64,000 bases of DNA, from IMG/VR virus record IMGVR_UViG_3300031993_000010, positions 32,001 to 96,000 of that record. One strand, 5' to 3'. The notes below the pieces were generated by a model. It had not been told where the DNA came from. It did not search any database and worked only from the letters and a program-made list of their open reading frames with translations. This document shows positions 18,994-29,132 of the stretch, piece after piece. Position 1 is the stretch's first letter, and each line of letters opens with the position of its first letter. The DNA comes from a virus. Taxonomy: Duplodnaviria; Caudoviricetes. Both the position numbers and the translations under genes were made by a program.

Positions 18994-21408
18994 ATGGTAG
19001 AAAACATCAAGCCCACCGACAAACTGCATTTTGTCCTCCACGCCAACCAAATTGACTATAACGAGGAAAAAATCAATTCACTGAAATCCGAAATAGCCCA
19101 AAAATACGGTGTTCCGTTGAGGAACGTCAAGGTTGAGTTCAAACCGTTGGTTTCGAACAATGACAAGGATGCGTCCATGACGGGGGATTTGATAGAGAAT
19201 CTGCAAGACCCTGCGTTCTTTTTGTTGCTATGTAAAGATTATCTTAACGCAAAGAAGATTGAGGATGTTGATTTCGAGTCAATAAAAACAATCGACCAAG
19301 AGGTCAATCAATATGTTGACTATAACCAATATTCCAAGCACAAAAGATACAAGTTCAAATATGTCAAATGGTCGAACTATCTTTCGTTCGGTCCTGACAA
19401 TTATTTCGATTTCACCAACCTGCATGGATTGGTGCTTTTGAACAGTAATCCCGGAAACCAAGGCGGCAAGACGACTTTCGCCATTAACCTTCTTCGTTTT
19501 GCGTTGTTCGGCAAGTCACCCAAATCCCCAAGTCTGAACTCGGTATTCAATAAGTTCACACCCGAGGCTACCAATGTCATTGTGGAGGTTGGTTTGGAAA
19601 TAGAGGGTGAGGATTATGTAATCAGGAGGACAGTCACAAGACCTGCATTGAACAGACGTACAGAAAAAAGCAAACCGAAACAGACTGTTGAGTATTTCAA
19701 GAAACTTAACGACGACAGTCTTGAACTGATTGAGAACTGTGAAGGTGAGAGTACACAGCAGACCAACAATATAATACGTGAGACTGTCGGCAATCCTGAC
19801 GACTTTGACTTGATTGTGTCGGCAACCAAGACAACGTTGGATGACCTTTTCCGTAAAGGAAAGACTGAGCAGGGGAGACTTTTTTCACGTTGGCTCGGGT
19901 TACTTTCGATTGAGGAGAAGGAGAGTGTGGCGAAAGACTTGTGGAAAAAGAACGTTTCACCGTCACTCCTTTCAAACAGGTACAACCGTGCAACCTTGGA
20001 GTTGGAGATAAAGGATTACGATACCTGTAACGACGACAATGAGAAATGTATCCTTGAAAACGAACGGAAAAAGGGTGAGATAAACGAAACGCTTGTCAAA
20101 CTTAACGGCAAGAAAGTTGACATATTGAAAAACCGAAAGGAGATAAAGGAAGAACTCCAAAAACTCGATGTCGCCACCATTGAGAATAATATTACAGCCA
20201 AAAACACCGAACTTGAACGTAAAAGAGGGGAATTCAAGGCACAGAAAGACGAATATGCCAAGGTCAAGGACGCAGTTTTTGATGAAAGCCTTTATAACGA
20301 GACACGTGCCAAAATAAAGGAATTGGAGGGCGAAAAACAGGAGTTTGAAAGGAAAAACGCCGTGCTGAAGGAAAAGATAAGGAACATTGACGCTGAAATC
20401 AAGAAAGTCCAAGACCTTATACAGAAAGGCATCTGTCCGAACTGTTCCCAAAAAATCGATGCGCAATTACAGAACGGAATAATAGACGAATATGTGCTTG
20501 AGAAAAATAGGCTCATCACCATTGGAGTTACCAACAAAGACAAAATCACTGAATTAACAAATAAAATAAGTGATTTGAATGAGAAAGTGAAGGAAATGGA
20601 GGAATCGCGTGAGAAGGTTCACAAGGAACACAATTTGAGAGCGACATTGTCGGCAATACATTCCAATATCGAGGTTTTGAAGATGGAAGTGGAGAAACTT
20701 GAGGGGCAGAAAAGGGATGTTGAAACCAATAAGGACAATATTGAATACAATAATCGGATAGACAATCAAATTCGTCTTGTTGATGACGAGATACGTGAGA
20801 ATGACAGGTTGAAGGAATCATATATAATGAACATACAGACTTGTAAGAACAACATACAGTCCAATAAGAAGTCGATTGACGAAAGAAGGGAGATAATAGC
20901 CAAACTCTTGGAAGAGGAAAAGACTATACGCAATTGGAATGTCTATCAGGAACTTGTTGGCAAGAACGGTGTCATAAAGGTTGTGTTAAAAAGAGCGTTG
21001 CCGTTGCTGAACAACGAGATAAAGAGGATACTTGACGGCATCTGTGATTTTGACATCGTCCTTGAAATTGACGACAAGAACGAAATATCAATAAACATGG
21101 TGACGGACGGCAACAGCATGCTTGTCGATGTGAGTTCTTCAGGGTTTGAGACTACATTTGCTGCCTTGGCAGTAAGAAGTGCGTTGGCGAATATCAGTTC
21201 TATAACAAAGGTAAATTGCTTAACGTTGGATGAAATTGACAGTACCGTTAACCCCGAAAACTATGACAACCTCAGGGAACTGTACAGCCGTATACTTGGT
21301 CAGTATCAGTACATTTTCCACATTTGCCATACAGCGGAACTTGAGGATATGCATGATATGGTTATCACAATAAGCAAGAAAGACCATATTTCTTCAATAG
21401 AAATTTAA
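18994..21408 (+). CDS. sbcC: Rad50/SbcC (gp46-like) SMC ATPase with about 115-aa N-terminal extension
   Basis: NYLSFG; Walker A GNQGGKTT; long coiled coil with CPNC zinc hook; signature SSGFE; Walker B LTLDE; H-loop ICH. Confidence 0.9.
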   Translation: MVENIKPTDKLHFVLHANQIDYNEEKINSLKSEIAQKYGVPLRNVKVEFKPLVSNNDKDASMTGDLIENLQDPAFFLLLCKDYLNAKKIEDVDFESIKTIDQEVNQYVDYNQYSKHKRYKFKYVKWSNYLSFGPDNYFDFTNLHGLVLLNSNPGNQGGKTTFAINLLRFALFGKSPKSPSLNSVFNKFTPEATNVIVEVGLEIEGEDYVIRRTVTRPALNRRTEKSKPKQTVEYFKKLNDDSLELIENCEGESTQQTNNIIRETVGNPDDFDLIVSATKTTLDDLFRKGKTEQGRLFSRWLGLLSIEEKESVAKDLWKKNVSPSLLSNRYNRATLELEIKDYDTCNDDNEKCILENERKKGEINETLVKLNGKKVDILKNRKEIKEELQKLDVATIENNITAKNTELERKRGEFKAQKDEYAKVKDAVFDESLYNETRAKIKELEGEKQEFERKNAVLKEKIRNIDAEIKKVQDLIQKGICPNCSQKIDAQLQNGIIDEYVLEKNRLITIGVTNKDKITELTNKISDLNEKVKEMEESREKVHKEHNLRATLSAIHSNIEVLKMEVEKLEGQKRDVETNKDNIEYNNRIDNQIRLVDDEIRENDRLKESYIMNIQTCKNNIQSNKKSIDERREIIAKLLEEEKTIRNWNVYQELVGKNGVIKVVLKRALPLLNNEIKRILDGICDFDIVLEIDDKNEISINMVTDGNSMLVDVSSSGFETTFAALAVRSALANISSITKVNCLTLDEIDSTVNPENYDNLRELYSRILGQYQYIFHICHTAELEDMHDMVITISKKDHISSIEI

Positions 21409-21511
21409 CATTTTTTTACAAAAAGTCGTTTTATTTCTTAAAAAATAGTATATTTATAATATCCAATGAGTACTACAACTCACTTAATATTAGATGTCTA
21501 ACTTTTAATAA

Positions 21512-22213
21512 ATGAAACGCAATGATTTTGAGAATGTTGATACAATCGGGCTTTATTTCAAAGACATAAAACACACTAAGAGTCTGTCTCGTGAGAAGGA
21601 AAAGGAATTAGCCCAAAAAATAAAAGAAGGTGATAAAGATGCACTAAACGCACTTGTTGAAGCAAATTTGAAATTTGTTGTCACGGTCGCCAAACAGTAT
21701 GCCAATTCAGGGGTTCCTATGTCTGAGTTAATCTCGGAAGGGAACCTTGCTTTATATAGGGCTGCGGAAAAGTTCGACCCTTCAATGAACAAAAAGTTCA
21801 TAACATATGCTGTTTGGTGGATACGCTCTTACATGAAGGATTGCATAAAGCAATATAATGGTAACGGTGAGGAGTTTGCCACTGACGATTACACAATGGC
21901 ACAAATCGAGGAAAACGATTCAAGTTTCAGGGGAGAGACCATCAATACTGATTTTGAGGAAAAAATCACTGATATACAGAGTAGGGGGATGGCGATAGAT
22001 GACCTGACTTCTTGCCTGCAGGAACGTGAACTGAAAATACTTTCATTATATTATGGGTTGTATGGCAACAAGGAAATGACATTGAAGGAGATAAGTGATG
22101 AAATGAACATGTCGAGCGAAAGGGTCAGACAAATAGTGAACACCTCGATTGTCAAACTCAAGGCCAACGTTTTGGCAAGTGATAATTTCGAGGAATACAA
22201 AGATTTGTGTTAA
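21512..22213 (+). CDS. Phage-encoded sigma70-family RNA polymerase sigma factor (no. 1)
   Basis: Region 1.2 LYFKDI; region 2 LVEANLKFVVTVAK...EGNLAL..AAEKFDP..KFITYAVWWIR; region 4 MTLKEI...SSERVRQI. Confidence 0.92.
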   Translation: MKRNDFENVDTIGLYFKDIKHTKSLSREKEKELAQKIKEGDKDALNALVEANLKFVVTVAKQYANSGVPMSELISEGNLALYRAAEKFDPSMNKKFITYAVWWIRSYMKDCIKQYNGNGEEFATDDYTMAQIEENDSSFRGETINTDFEEKITDIQSRGMAIDDLTSCLQERELKILSLYYGLYGNKEMTLKEISDEMNMSSERVRQIVNTSIVKLKANVLASDNFEEYKDLC

Positions 22214-22252
22214 GTGATATTTATAGATAATAAAAGAAAAAAATACATAGTT

Positions 22253-22669
22253 ATGGCAGAGAAAAAAACTACAACTGCAAAGAAGACGACAAAGAAAAGC
22301 ACAAGTAAGTCAAAGACAGCCAAAAAACCCAAGGTAACCGCTGCAATTGAAGAGACTGTAGCCCCCGTGGAAGAAGTTATCAATGAAACTGTAACAGTGG
22401 CAGACGAAAAGGTTATTGAAGAAGTTCCTGAAATGCAAGAAGAAACCCCTTCTATGGTAGAACAAGAAACTGTAGAGGTTAAGGAATCCGAGATTCCTAC
22501 CGTAGAACCTGTCAAGGAAGAAGTTGCCGAGGATGATGAGGATGATGGCATCGAGATTATAAAGGACAAAACCGACAAACCCGAGAAAAAGCCTATAACC
22601 CCCAAGCCGCAACCGAACAGAAAATACAGGACGACCAATCAAATAATGGGTATAATTTACGAATACTAA
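22253..22669 (+). CDS. Low-complexity protein (basic K/T-rich N-terminus, acidic middle)
   Basis: MAEKKTTTAKKTTKK...; ATATTTAT at 22217-22224 upstream. Confidence 0.6.
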   Translation: MAEKKTTTAKKTTKKSTSKSKTAKKPKVTAAIEETVAPVEEVINETVTVADEKVIEEVPEMQEETPSMVEQETVEVKESEIPTVEPVKEEVAEDDEDDGIEIIKDKTDKPEKKPITPKPQPNRKYRTTNQIMGIIYEY

Positions 22670-22673
22670 GACC

Positions 22674-23171
22674 ATGGCAAGAGATTATATAAGAGAAGGT
22701 CTTAACAGACTGCGTGACATTTATTCCTCTTCACTTAACGAGGAAGATAATATGGGCATGTCCGACACCAATGAGGTGTCCGATGAGGCTGTGCCATACA
22801 CCAAAAACGACGACATTCTCAATTCAAGTTTACAGACATGCACTGAGTTGTTCGGGGCAAGTTTCACCAAGACAAAGAACCCGATGCTGTATTATACAAA
22901 GTCGAAGGATGTGACGCTGACAGGCGAAATTCCTGACCTTGAAAATGCAAAGTTTGAGTTCAAGTTGCTTGACGGATGCTATCTGTGGGCTGACAAGTTG
23001 GAACTTAACGAAAAGCACATGAAGACACTCAACGTGATATGGGGTGCGTATCAGAATTGGCAGTCCGAATTGAGCAAGATGACCGATAAGGTGCCGATGT
23101 CCATAAGGGGCGACGGTTCAAATGAACAACTGAATGAAAGGGTCATTCACCGTGGTGATGATATTGATTGA
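22674..23171 (+). CDS. Hypothetical late/head-associated protein
   Basis: LNE motifs near both ends; co-transcribed with the preceding late gene. Confidence 0.55.
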   Translation: MARDYIREGLNRLRDIYSSSLNEEDNMGMSDTNEVSDEAVPYTKNDDILNSSLQTCTELFGASFTKTKNPMLYYTKSKDVTLTGEIPDLENAKFEFKLLDGCYLWADKLELNEKHMKTLNVIWGAYQNWQSELSKMTDKVPMSIRGDGSNEQLNERVIHRGDDID

Positions 23172-23199
23172 AATATTGGAATTTGTTTTACCCATATGT

Positions 23200-23224
23200 A
23201 GGCGGCGTTTTGCCGCCTTTTTTT
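23200..23224 (+). terminator. Rho-independent terminator
   Basis: aggcggc-gtttt-gccgcct followed by a T run. Confidence 0.85.
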
Positions 23225-23264
23225 ATGTTTGAAAACTATTTATATTATATATAAACACATTATT

Positions 23265-23660
23265 ATGGAAAGACACGATTCACCTTTTATAGAAGTTAAA
23301 TTGCCACAGAACATTGTTGATGACGAAGAGAAGTGCCAAGATGTTGTTTCGGCTATACGCAATGCAATGCGTGAGGTAGGATATGTATATTATAACAATG
23401 ATGGTGGAAAATTGTTCCGCTATGCGCCGATGACGCCACCTGTTGAGTATCATTTTGTCAATGAGGTGCGTAATGCCTTGAAAGAAGAACTCAGTAGGGG
23501 TGAGGTAAGGGCAATGATAAGCAGCGAATTGGACGACTATACGAAAAACGCAAAGTTAAAGAAAGCAGTCAAGAATATTGCTGCTGATGTATTGGAAGAA
23601 TTTCTTGACAGTCTGTGGAAAAGAAAGTCATTCTGGAAGGGCACAATAAACAGAAATTAA
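23265..23660 (+). CDS. Hypothetical late/head-associated protein
   Basis: ATG 23265 follows CTATTTAT (23236-23243); contains VNE and LKEE motifs. Confidence 0.55.
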   Translation: MERHDSPFIEVKLPQNIVDDEEKCQDVVSAIRNAMREVGYVYYNNDGGKLFRYAPMTPPVEYHFVNEVRNALKEELSRGEVRAMISSELDDYTKNAKLKKAVKNIAADVLEEFLDSLWKRKSFWKGTINRN

Positions 23661-23672
23661 ACCAATTTAGTT

Positions 23673-26600
23673 ATGAAATCGGAATCAAGTGCAACATATA
23701 TTTTCTCCAAGGGTAAAGACGGTGTTTGGGCTGTGCTTGCGGCACGTCGTAAGGATAAGGGTGACGATGACTTCGGCGGATTGTGGAATGTACCTATAGG
23801 GGGTCGGGAAAAGGATGAAACCACGCTTGACACTGCCGTTAGGGAAACAAAGGAAGAATCGGGGATTGAAATACCGAAATCCGATTTCATTTCCGTTGGC
23901 GATTCTTGTTATTTCGAGAATGGTGAGAAACATATGTTTTCCAATTTTGTTGTAATAATGAAGGAGAAAGTTAATCCTGGTAAGGGTGACGGCGAAAACA
24001 GCAAGTTCAAATGGATACCGATGGCAGAGATTGACAAGCATAAGTGGGCATTTGGAATGGACAACACTGTTGCCAATGTTTTTGACTTTGTTGTAAAGGC
24101 AATTGAAAAAAGTGGAAAGGAACAACTTAACGAATACCTTGACAAGAATTATATGATGCCGTTGAAACAGTTCATGAATATGACGGACGAGGAAAAGGCT
24201 TGGGAATGTGCGGGCAGGTGTCCATGGCTGCTTACAGATTTCATTGAATCGTCTGAAATGGGTGAAAAGGTGGATGAACTTATAGAGAAGGGGGAATTGC
24301 CTAATGACTTGTTTGATTTGGAGAGTTATGAAATAGCCGAATATATTGGTCCGTTATTCAAAACCACGTTTTCGAAATATGCCGAAGATTTTGTCCAATA
24401 TGTTTACCGATACGGGGACACCGATGTTCCATTGTTTTGTGCGGCGGACTTTGTGAAAGAAATACACAACGAATGGCTTGTCCACATGACGGATAATCTA
24501 AGGGGTGTGAACCATGAAGGGTTCAGTTATGGCGTTGAAATGGAAGACCTTGCATATACCCCTGGTAGAGGCACAATAAAATACAAGTACGGTCCGGGAT
24601 ACAATTTTGCATTTGAGGCTGATGATGCCGATACCGCTGAAGGAAGTGGCTATGGCAAATATTGCATTTTATTTCAGGCGAGTGGTGTTGAGATATACCA
24701 TTATGGAGACGAACAGCATCAAGTCATATTCTATGGTCCGTCAGCAAAGAACCTTATATTCATAGTTCGTGCCGATGATTATAGTGACTATTCAGGTATG
24801 TGGTGTGTATTGGATGAAAAGGCAAGCGGATATGACAAATACCTGTGTCATTTCGACCGTCTTCAAGATGCTGTTTATTGGGCAATTAAAAACTTCCCGC
24901 AATACATGAGTCGTTTTATTGGAAAATCACAACAGAAAAATTTTGAGAGGAACAGGAATAAACCAAAAGAACAGAGATGGTGGCTTTCTGAGAACAAGGG
25001 TAGGACAATTGTATTGACTGAGAGTCAATTAAAATTAATAAACGAGAAGATGGACGTGTCACCTGACAAGTTCAATTCAAATATACGCTATTTTCTTCAT
25101 CAGTTGATTTCAGACCCTGTCAACGCACAACCCCCGACAGCACTGAAAGCTGTGGGTATAACACGTTCCAAACTCATCAACCTTTTAATAAAAAGAGGAA
25201 TAATAGAGAAACACGAGAAATTGAACGACAAGGATAAAGACGGTAATTTCAAGACCGCAACCATGAAAGTGTCGTTCACTGTCAAGGACAAGGTACCCGA
25301 TGAACTTGAATATAGGGTTCCCAAGAATGACTTCGACAGGAAGATAGAGAAATTGAGAAGAGAGATATTTGAGAAGAATGTTCCGACCAAAGCTGCTGAG
25401 GTGTACAACCGACAGTTGAGCGAGGATGGTGAAGGAATGGGCGGCGCTACGTCAGCAGCATCATCAGGGGCGTTTATTCAGCCAATAGGCGTTGCCATCG
25501 GGAGAAAGATAGATGAAGAAGTTGACGAATTGGAAGCAAAACATTCTTCAGGTGCAGATTTTGATAAATTCGATTCTGAGTACATGGGCAAAGGATGTGG
25601 TTCACAAGTATATGGTTGGGGGTATTATGTGACAACCGATAAGGAAACTGCAAAAGGATATGAAGATTATTTCAAAGATAATCCAACATACAAGATAGGT
25701 AGTACAAAAAGTGGTTCTTACACATATACCGTTGAAATCCCCGATGATAACGACGGCAATTATATCCTGTGGGACGGAAAACCTTTGGACAAGATTCCGT
25801 TCAGTAAAAATTTTGAGACATTTGGTGAACAGTACCAAAAACTTGCAAGTCTGACTAGTCCTAAGGAAGTCAGCATGATGCTGTCGAACATGGGTTATAC
25901 AGGGATAAAAACCACCCCGTTCAGAAATCAGAAAAAAACGGACGACCATCTCAATTTCAGCAGTGGTGCAAATTATGTTGTGTTTAAGGATGACGATTTG
26001 AAGATTCTGAAAAAGAAAGCACACACCAAGAAAGCAGATAAATACGGAGACTGGTATGTAATAGAGGATAGAGGTGGAATAGGTAATTTGTATAACCCTT
26101 CAACGAACCATTATTTTTTCGGTACTGAAGATAAATCCACATGGCCGCACGTACACCGTTTTTCAGATGAACCGAACATAGTAGGTATAACATTCCAAAA
26201 CCCTGACGGAGTGGCAGCAAATTTCATAGATGTTAAATCGATGAAATTGTTTTATCCCGAAACTGATGTGGAAAAGTGGCCATCTATGGTGACACTTCCG
26301 TTTGCATCTAATGCTAAATTTTACATAGTAAGGGATGATAACACAGCAAAGGTAATTCCTCTTGAACGTTTTACAAAAACCCCATTGTTTGGTAATTTTA
26401 ATGATGTCTCAACATGGGCGGATGACTACGGTAGCACGTCTGATGGGAAATTTACGGATTTCGAGATGGAAGATGGGTCACATATACACATGGACAAGAA
26501 CGGAAAGATAATTAATGGTGCTACAGGAAAAGAGGAAATGTCCAAACCCTTGCTCGAAAAGAAAAAGACGATAATTGTTACAGAGGAACAGATGGAGAAA

Positions 26601-26735
26601 ATCAGAGAGGTAACAACAACCGTGTCAGTAGGTGATTATCAATACGATGTTCCGTTAGGTGTTGATAATGAGGATGAAACAATGCAACGTCATAACGGTG
26701 AGGGTGGTTCGGTGTCAATAAATCACGTAAAATAA
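23673..26735 (+). CDS. Polyvalent (multi-effector) internal head protein: Nudix hydrolase, ADP-ribosyltransferase-like domain(s) and unknown domains
   Basis: Nudix box GGREKDETTLDTAVRETKEESG; ART-PolyVal-like HSSGADFDKFD...GWGYYVT...GYTGIK...YVVF; linkers with LNE/LSE/INE/LLE. Confidence 0.7.
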   Translation: MKSESSATYIFSKGKDGVWAVLAARRKDKGDDDFGGLWNVPIGGREKDETTLDTAVRETKEESGIEIPKSDFISVGDSCYFENGEKHMFSNFVVIMKEKVNPGKGDGENSKFKWIPMAEIDKHKWAFGMDNTVANVFDFVVKAIEKSGKEQLNEYLDKNYMMPLKQFMNMTDEEKAWECAGRCPWLLTDFIESSEMGEKVDELIEKGELPNDLFDLESYEIAEYIGPLFKTTFSKYAEDFVQYVYRYGDTDVPLFCAADFVKEIHNEWLVHMTDNLRGVNHEGFSYGVEMEDLAYTPGRGTIKYKYGPGYNFAFEADDADTAEGSGYGKYCILFQASGVEIYHYGDEQHQVIFYGPSAKNLIFIVRADDYSDYSGMWCVLDEKASGYDKYLCHFDRLQDAVYWAIKNFPQYMSRFIGKSQQKNFERNRNKPKEQRWWLSENKGRTIVLTESQLKLINEKMDVSPDKFNSNIRYFLHQLISDPVNAQPPTALKAVGITRSKLINLLIKRGIIEKHEKLNDKDKDGNFKTATMKVSFTVKDKVPDELEYRVPKNDFDRKIEKLRREIFEKNVPTKAAEVYNRQLSEDGEGMGGATSAASSGAFIQPIGVAIGRKIDEEVDELEAKHSSGADFDKFDSEYMGKGCGSQVYGWGYYVTTDKETAKGYEDYFKDNPTYKIGSTKSGSYTYTVEIPDDNDGNYILWDGKPLDKIPFSKNFETFGEQYQKLASLTSPKEVSMMLSNMGYTGIKTTPFRNQKKTDDHLNFSSGANYVVFKDDDLKILKKKAHTKKADKYGDWYVIEDRGGIGNLYNPSTNHYFFGTEDKSTWPHVHRFSDEPNIVGITFQNPDGVAANFIDVKSMKLFYPETDVEKWPSMVTLPFASNAKFYIVRDDNTAKVIPLERFTKTPLFGNFNDVSTWADDYGSTSDGKFTDFEMEDGSHIHMDKNGKIINGATGKEEMSKPLLEKKKTIIVTEEQMEKIREVTTTVSVGDYQYDVPLGVDNEDETMQRHNGEGGSVSINHVK

Positions 26736-26759
26736 TTAAAATCAATTTACAATTTCATT

Positions 26760-26951
26760 ATGCAAGATATTTATATGTTAAAAGAGTTCGACCATAGCGA
26801 GATTTTGAACAATATCGACAAGTTGAAGGACGAGATAAACGAGGAAAGAGGCAAAGATGACAGTGAGTATGATGCCGAGAAGGAGTTCAAACTGATGTAC
26901 AGGCAGTTTATGGAAGGCTTGAAACTTAACACAGGAATAAGATTATTTTAA
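26760..26951 (+). CDS. Small hypothetical protein
   Basis: Fills the gap between adjacent + strand genes; an alternative ATG exists at 26775. Confidence 0.5.
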   Translation: MQDIYMLKEFDHSEILNNIDKLKDEINEERGKDDSEYDAEKEFKLMYRQFMEGLKLNTGIRLF

Positions 26952-26963
26952 ACATAAACAAAA

Positions 26964-27881
26964 ATGATTAAAGAAGGTAAATACACACTCAGCGAATTGA
27001 GAGTTGCCATTAAGGAAAGCACCAAAGACGAATTCAAACCAAAGTTCGGTGACAAGGTGGAAAGTGACAACGAGAAGAACAACAAAGAGGCTGTAAAGGA
27101 TATTACCAAAGAAGTTGAAAAATACAACCCTGACGGTATTAGACCCGAGATAGCATTGCCCGTTGACAGAAACAAGACCACTCTTGACCTTAAGTTCAAT
27201 GAAATGGAACCTGGTAAAGAATGGCGTGACCGTGTCGAGGCACAGGTGCACGGTTTCCCGTCTGTAGAGAACGAGAAATCAAGCGACGCTAAGGAAAACG
27301 GTGGACTTGACTATGAGGGTAACAAAAAGTTCTTCGACCATCGTGAGGAAATGGCAAAGGAACGTCAGAAAGCAACACAGGACAGCAAAGACGCAGGTCT
27401 TAGTGGCCGTGAGTTAAAACCATACAACACTGAACCCGGTTCATTGTTTGAAGGGAAGAAATGGAGAAACGAGAAAGAACGCAGAAGTATGATGTCCAGT
27501 GGTGTGATTAATGAGGATAGTAAATCCAACACAATGAAGCGACTCAACTTCAAGTTGAAGGTTTTCTTGAATGAAAACGAAATCAAGAGTTACATTCCCG
27601 AATCATATAAAACCGACGGCAACAAGTTCTATGTCAAGGATGCAAGTGGCACACAATATATGGTGGAGTGTGTCAGGGATAAACAGTTTGGCTTCATGAC
27701 TGTGAATATTGTCAACAGACTGAATGAGGACAAGGAGAAGGCGCAGATTGAAAGAATGAAGAGTCTTTTCAACTACAATAGTTCAGACTATTTCGGTGCG
27801 TCTGACAAGGGTGGCAACAATGTCGAACGTTTGCACGAAGGCATTGAAAAAATCAGGGGTATAGAAAAAACCAACAAATAA
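26964..27881 (+). CDS. Putative head/prohead-associated protein
   Basis: Highly charged; IKE, LFE, INE, LNE and LHE motifs. Confidence 0.5.
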   Translation: MIKEGKYTLSELRVAIKESTKDEFKPKFGDKVESDNEKNNKEAVKDITKEVEKYNPDGIRPEIALPVDRNKTTLDLKFNEMEPGKEWRDRVEAQVHGFPSVENEKSSDAKENGGLDYEGNKKFFDHREEMAKERQKATQDSKDAGLSGRELKPYNTEPGSLFEGKKWRNEKERRSMMSSGVINEDSKSNTMKRLNFKLKVFLNENEIKSYIPESYKTDGNKFYVKDASGTQYMVECVRDKQFGFMTVNIVNRLNEDKEKAQIERMKSLFNYNSSDYFGASDKGGNNVERLHEGIEKIRGIEKTNK

Positions 27882-27882
27882 A

Positions 27883-28596
27883 ATGGCAAAGAAACGTGAA
27901 ACATCACAGGATGAGAATTTCACAATTCTCACAAAAATGCTTAACCTTATACAGAAGCATGGCGTGTGGAACATAATCAAGGCACTGTTGCTATTGGTGA
28001 CGTTTGCAGTAGTGATGTATTCAGTCACTCATATAGATGATTTGGTACAGAAGGCATTCAAAGAACAGACCGAGGAAGCAGCATCAAAACACAATGCTGT
28101 TATGCAGCACAGGTCGAATATCAAACCAAAGATTGACCTGTTGCTTAAGGAGACCCTGAACGAGTTGAACGCCGACCGTGTATTTGTCATCGAGATGCAC
28201 AATGGAACCAACAACCTTTCAGGATTACCCTTTGTATATTGCGAAATGACTTATGAGGTATGCCGTCCTGGTGTTGACAGGGTTGATGACGAATACGGTG
28301 CGGTTGTTCTTTCAAGGTACACATTGCCTTATTACATGTCAGAACACAGGTATTTTGTCGGCAGCGTCGATACCCTTGAAAAAACGGATTCCAAACTTGC
28401 CCATAGAATGAAGGCTAACGGAAGCGCTTACTTGTGTGTAACTAACATGTATGGCGTGAACAACTATCTCGGGTATGTCGGCATAGGATTTGCTGAAGGC
28501 AGCGAAACACCTGCAGACGAACAACTGATAGACGCTGTGTATAAACTTTCGCAAAAAATATCAACATTACTTGATGTGGATGTGATAGAGCAATAA
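27883..28596 (+). CDS. Putative holin (one TM helix plus a GAF-like domain, T4 gpT-like architecture)
   Basis: TM IIKALLLLVTFAVVMYSV followed by LNADRVFVIEMHNG...LGYVGIGF (GAF-like). Confidence 0.55.
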   Translation: MAKKRETSQDENFTILTKMLNLIQKHGVWNIIKALLLLVTFAVVMYSVTHIDDLVQKAFKEQTEEAASKHNAVMQHRSNIKPKIDLLLKETLNELNADRVFVIEMHNGTNNLSGLPFVYCEMTYEVCRPGVDRVDDEYGAVVLSRYTLPYYMSEHRYFVGSVDTLEKTDSKLAHRMKANGSAYLCVTNMYGVNNYLGYVGIGFAEGSETPADEQLIDAVYKLSQKISTLLDVDVIEQ

Positions 28597-28619
28597 CCAA
28601 GTTAAGCAACGGTCGTGAT

Positions 28620-28865
28620 ATGAAGGATTCCAAAAAGATTAGGGTAATAATAGAAGTGGCGCAATGGCTTCTGATAATCGGATTGTTGACGGCATATCTA
28701 TCCATTTTTTTCAAGTTCAAGAACTACACTAACGATAGTGTCAATATGGACAAGTATAACACGATACACCGTGACAGGAAAATAGACGAATTACAGCAGC
28801 GCAACCAAATGTTGGAGGATTCCATAAAAGTGCTGAACAATGAAGATGTTACAAAGGAGTTGTAG
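28620..28865 (+). CDS. Membrane-anchored coiled-coil protein (possible i-spanin-like)
   Basis: N-terminal TM followed by coiled coil KIDELQQRNQMLEDSIK; directly after the holin-like gene. Confidence 0.4.
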   Translation: MKDSKKIRVIIEVAQWLLIIGLLTAYLSIFFKFKNYTNDSVNMDKYNTIHRDRKIDELQQRNQMLEDSIKVLNNEDVTKEL

Positions 28866-28893
28866 CCAAAAAATAGAATTTTTTAATTTTTGT

Positions 28894-28925
28894 AGCCGAT
28901 TAACGTTGTTTTAATCGGCTTTTTT
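28894..28925 (+). terminator. Rho-independent terminator
   Basis: agccgattaa-cgttgtt-ttaatcggct followed by a T run. Confidence 0.85.
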
Positions 28926-28951
28926 CTTTATATTCTAATAAAGATAAAACG

Positions 28952-29131
28952 ATGTCACAAATTCTAACATTTTTCCTGATAATGTCCATCCTTTGGCTTT
29001 GCAAGGAAACTTTCGGTATAGTCAAATGGTTTCTATCCAAAGATGAGGAGTACAAACAATCTTGGGTCAAGACACTTTTGTCGTTCGCTTCCATTTCGTA
29101 CATAATAACGATAATAATATTCGGTGTCTGA
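28952..29131 (+). CDS. Small two-TM membrane protein (59 aa, below the ORF-track cutoff)
   Basis: MSQILTFFLIMSILWLCKETFGIVKWFLSKDEEYKQSWVKTLLSFASISYIITIIIFGV*; its stop abuts the next ATG at 29133. Confidence 0.7.
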   Translation: MSQILTFFLIMSILWLCKETFGIVKWFLSKDEEYKQSWVKTLLSFASISYIITIIIFGV

Positions 29132-29132
29132 T

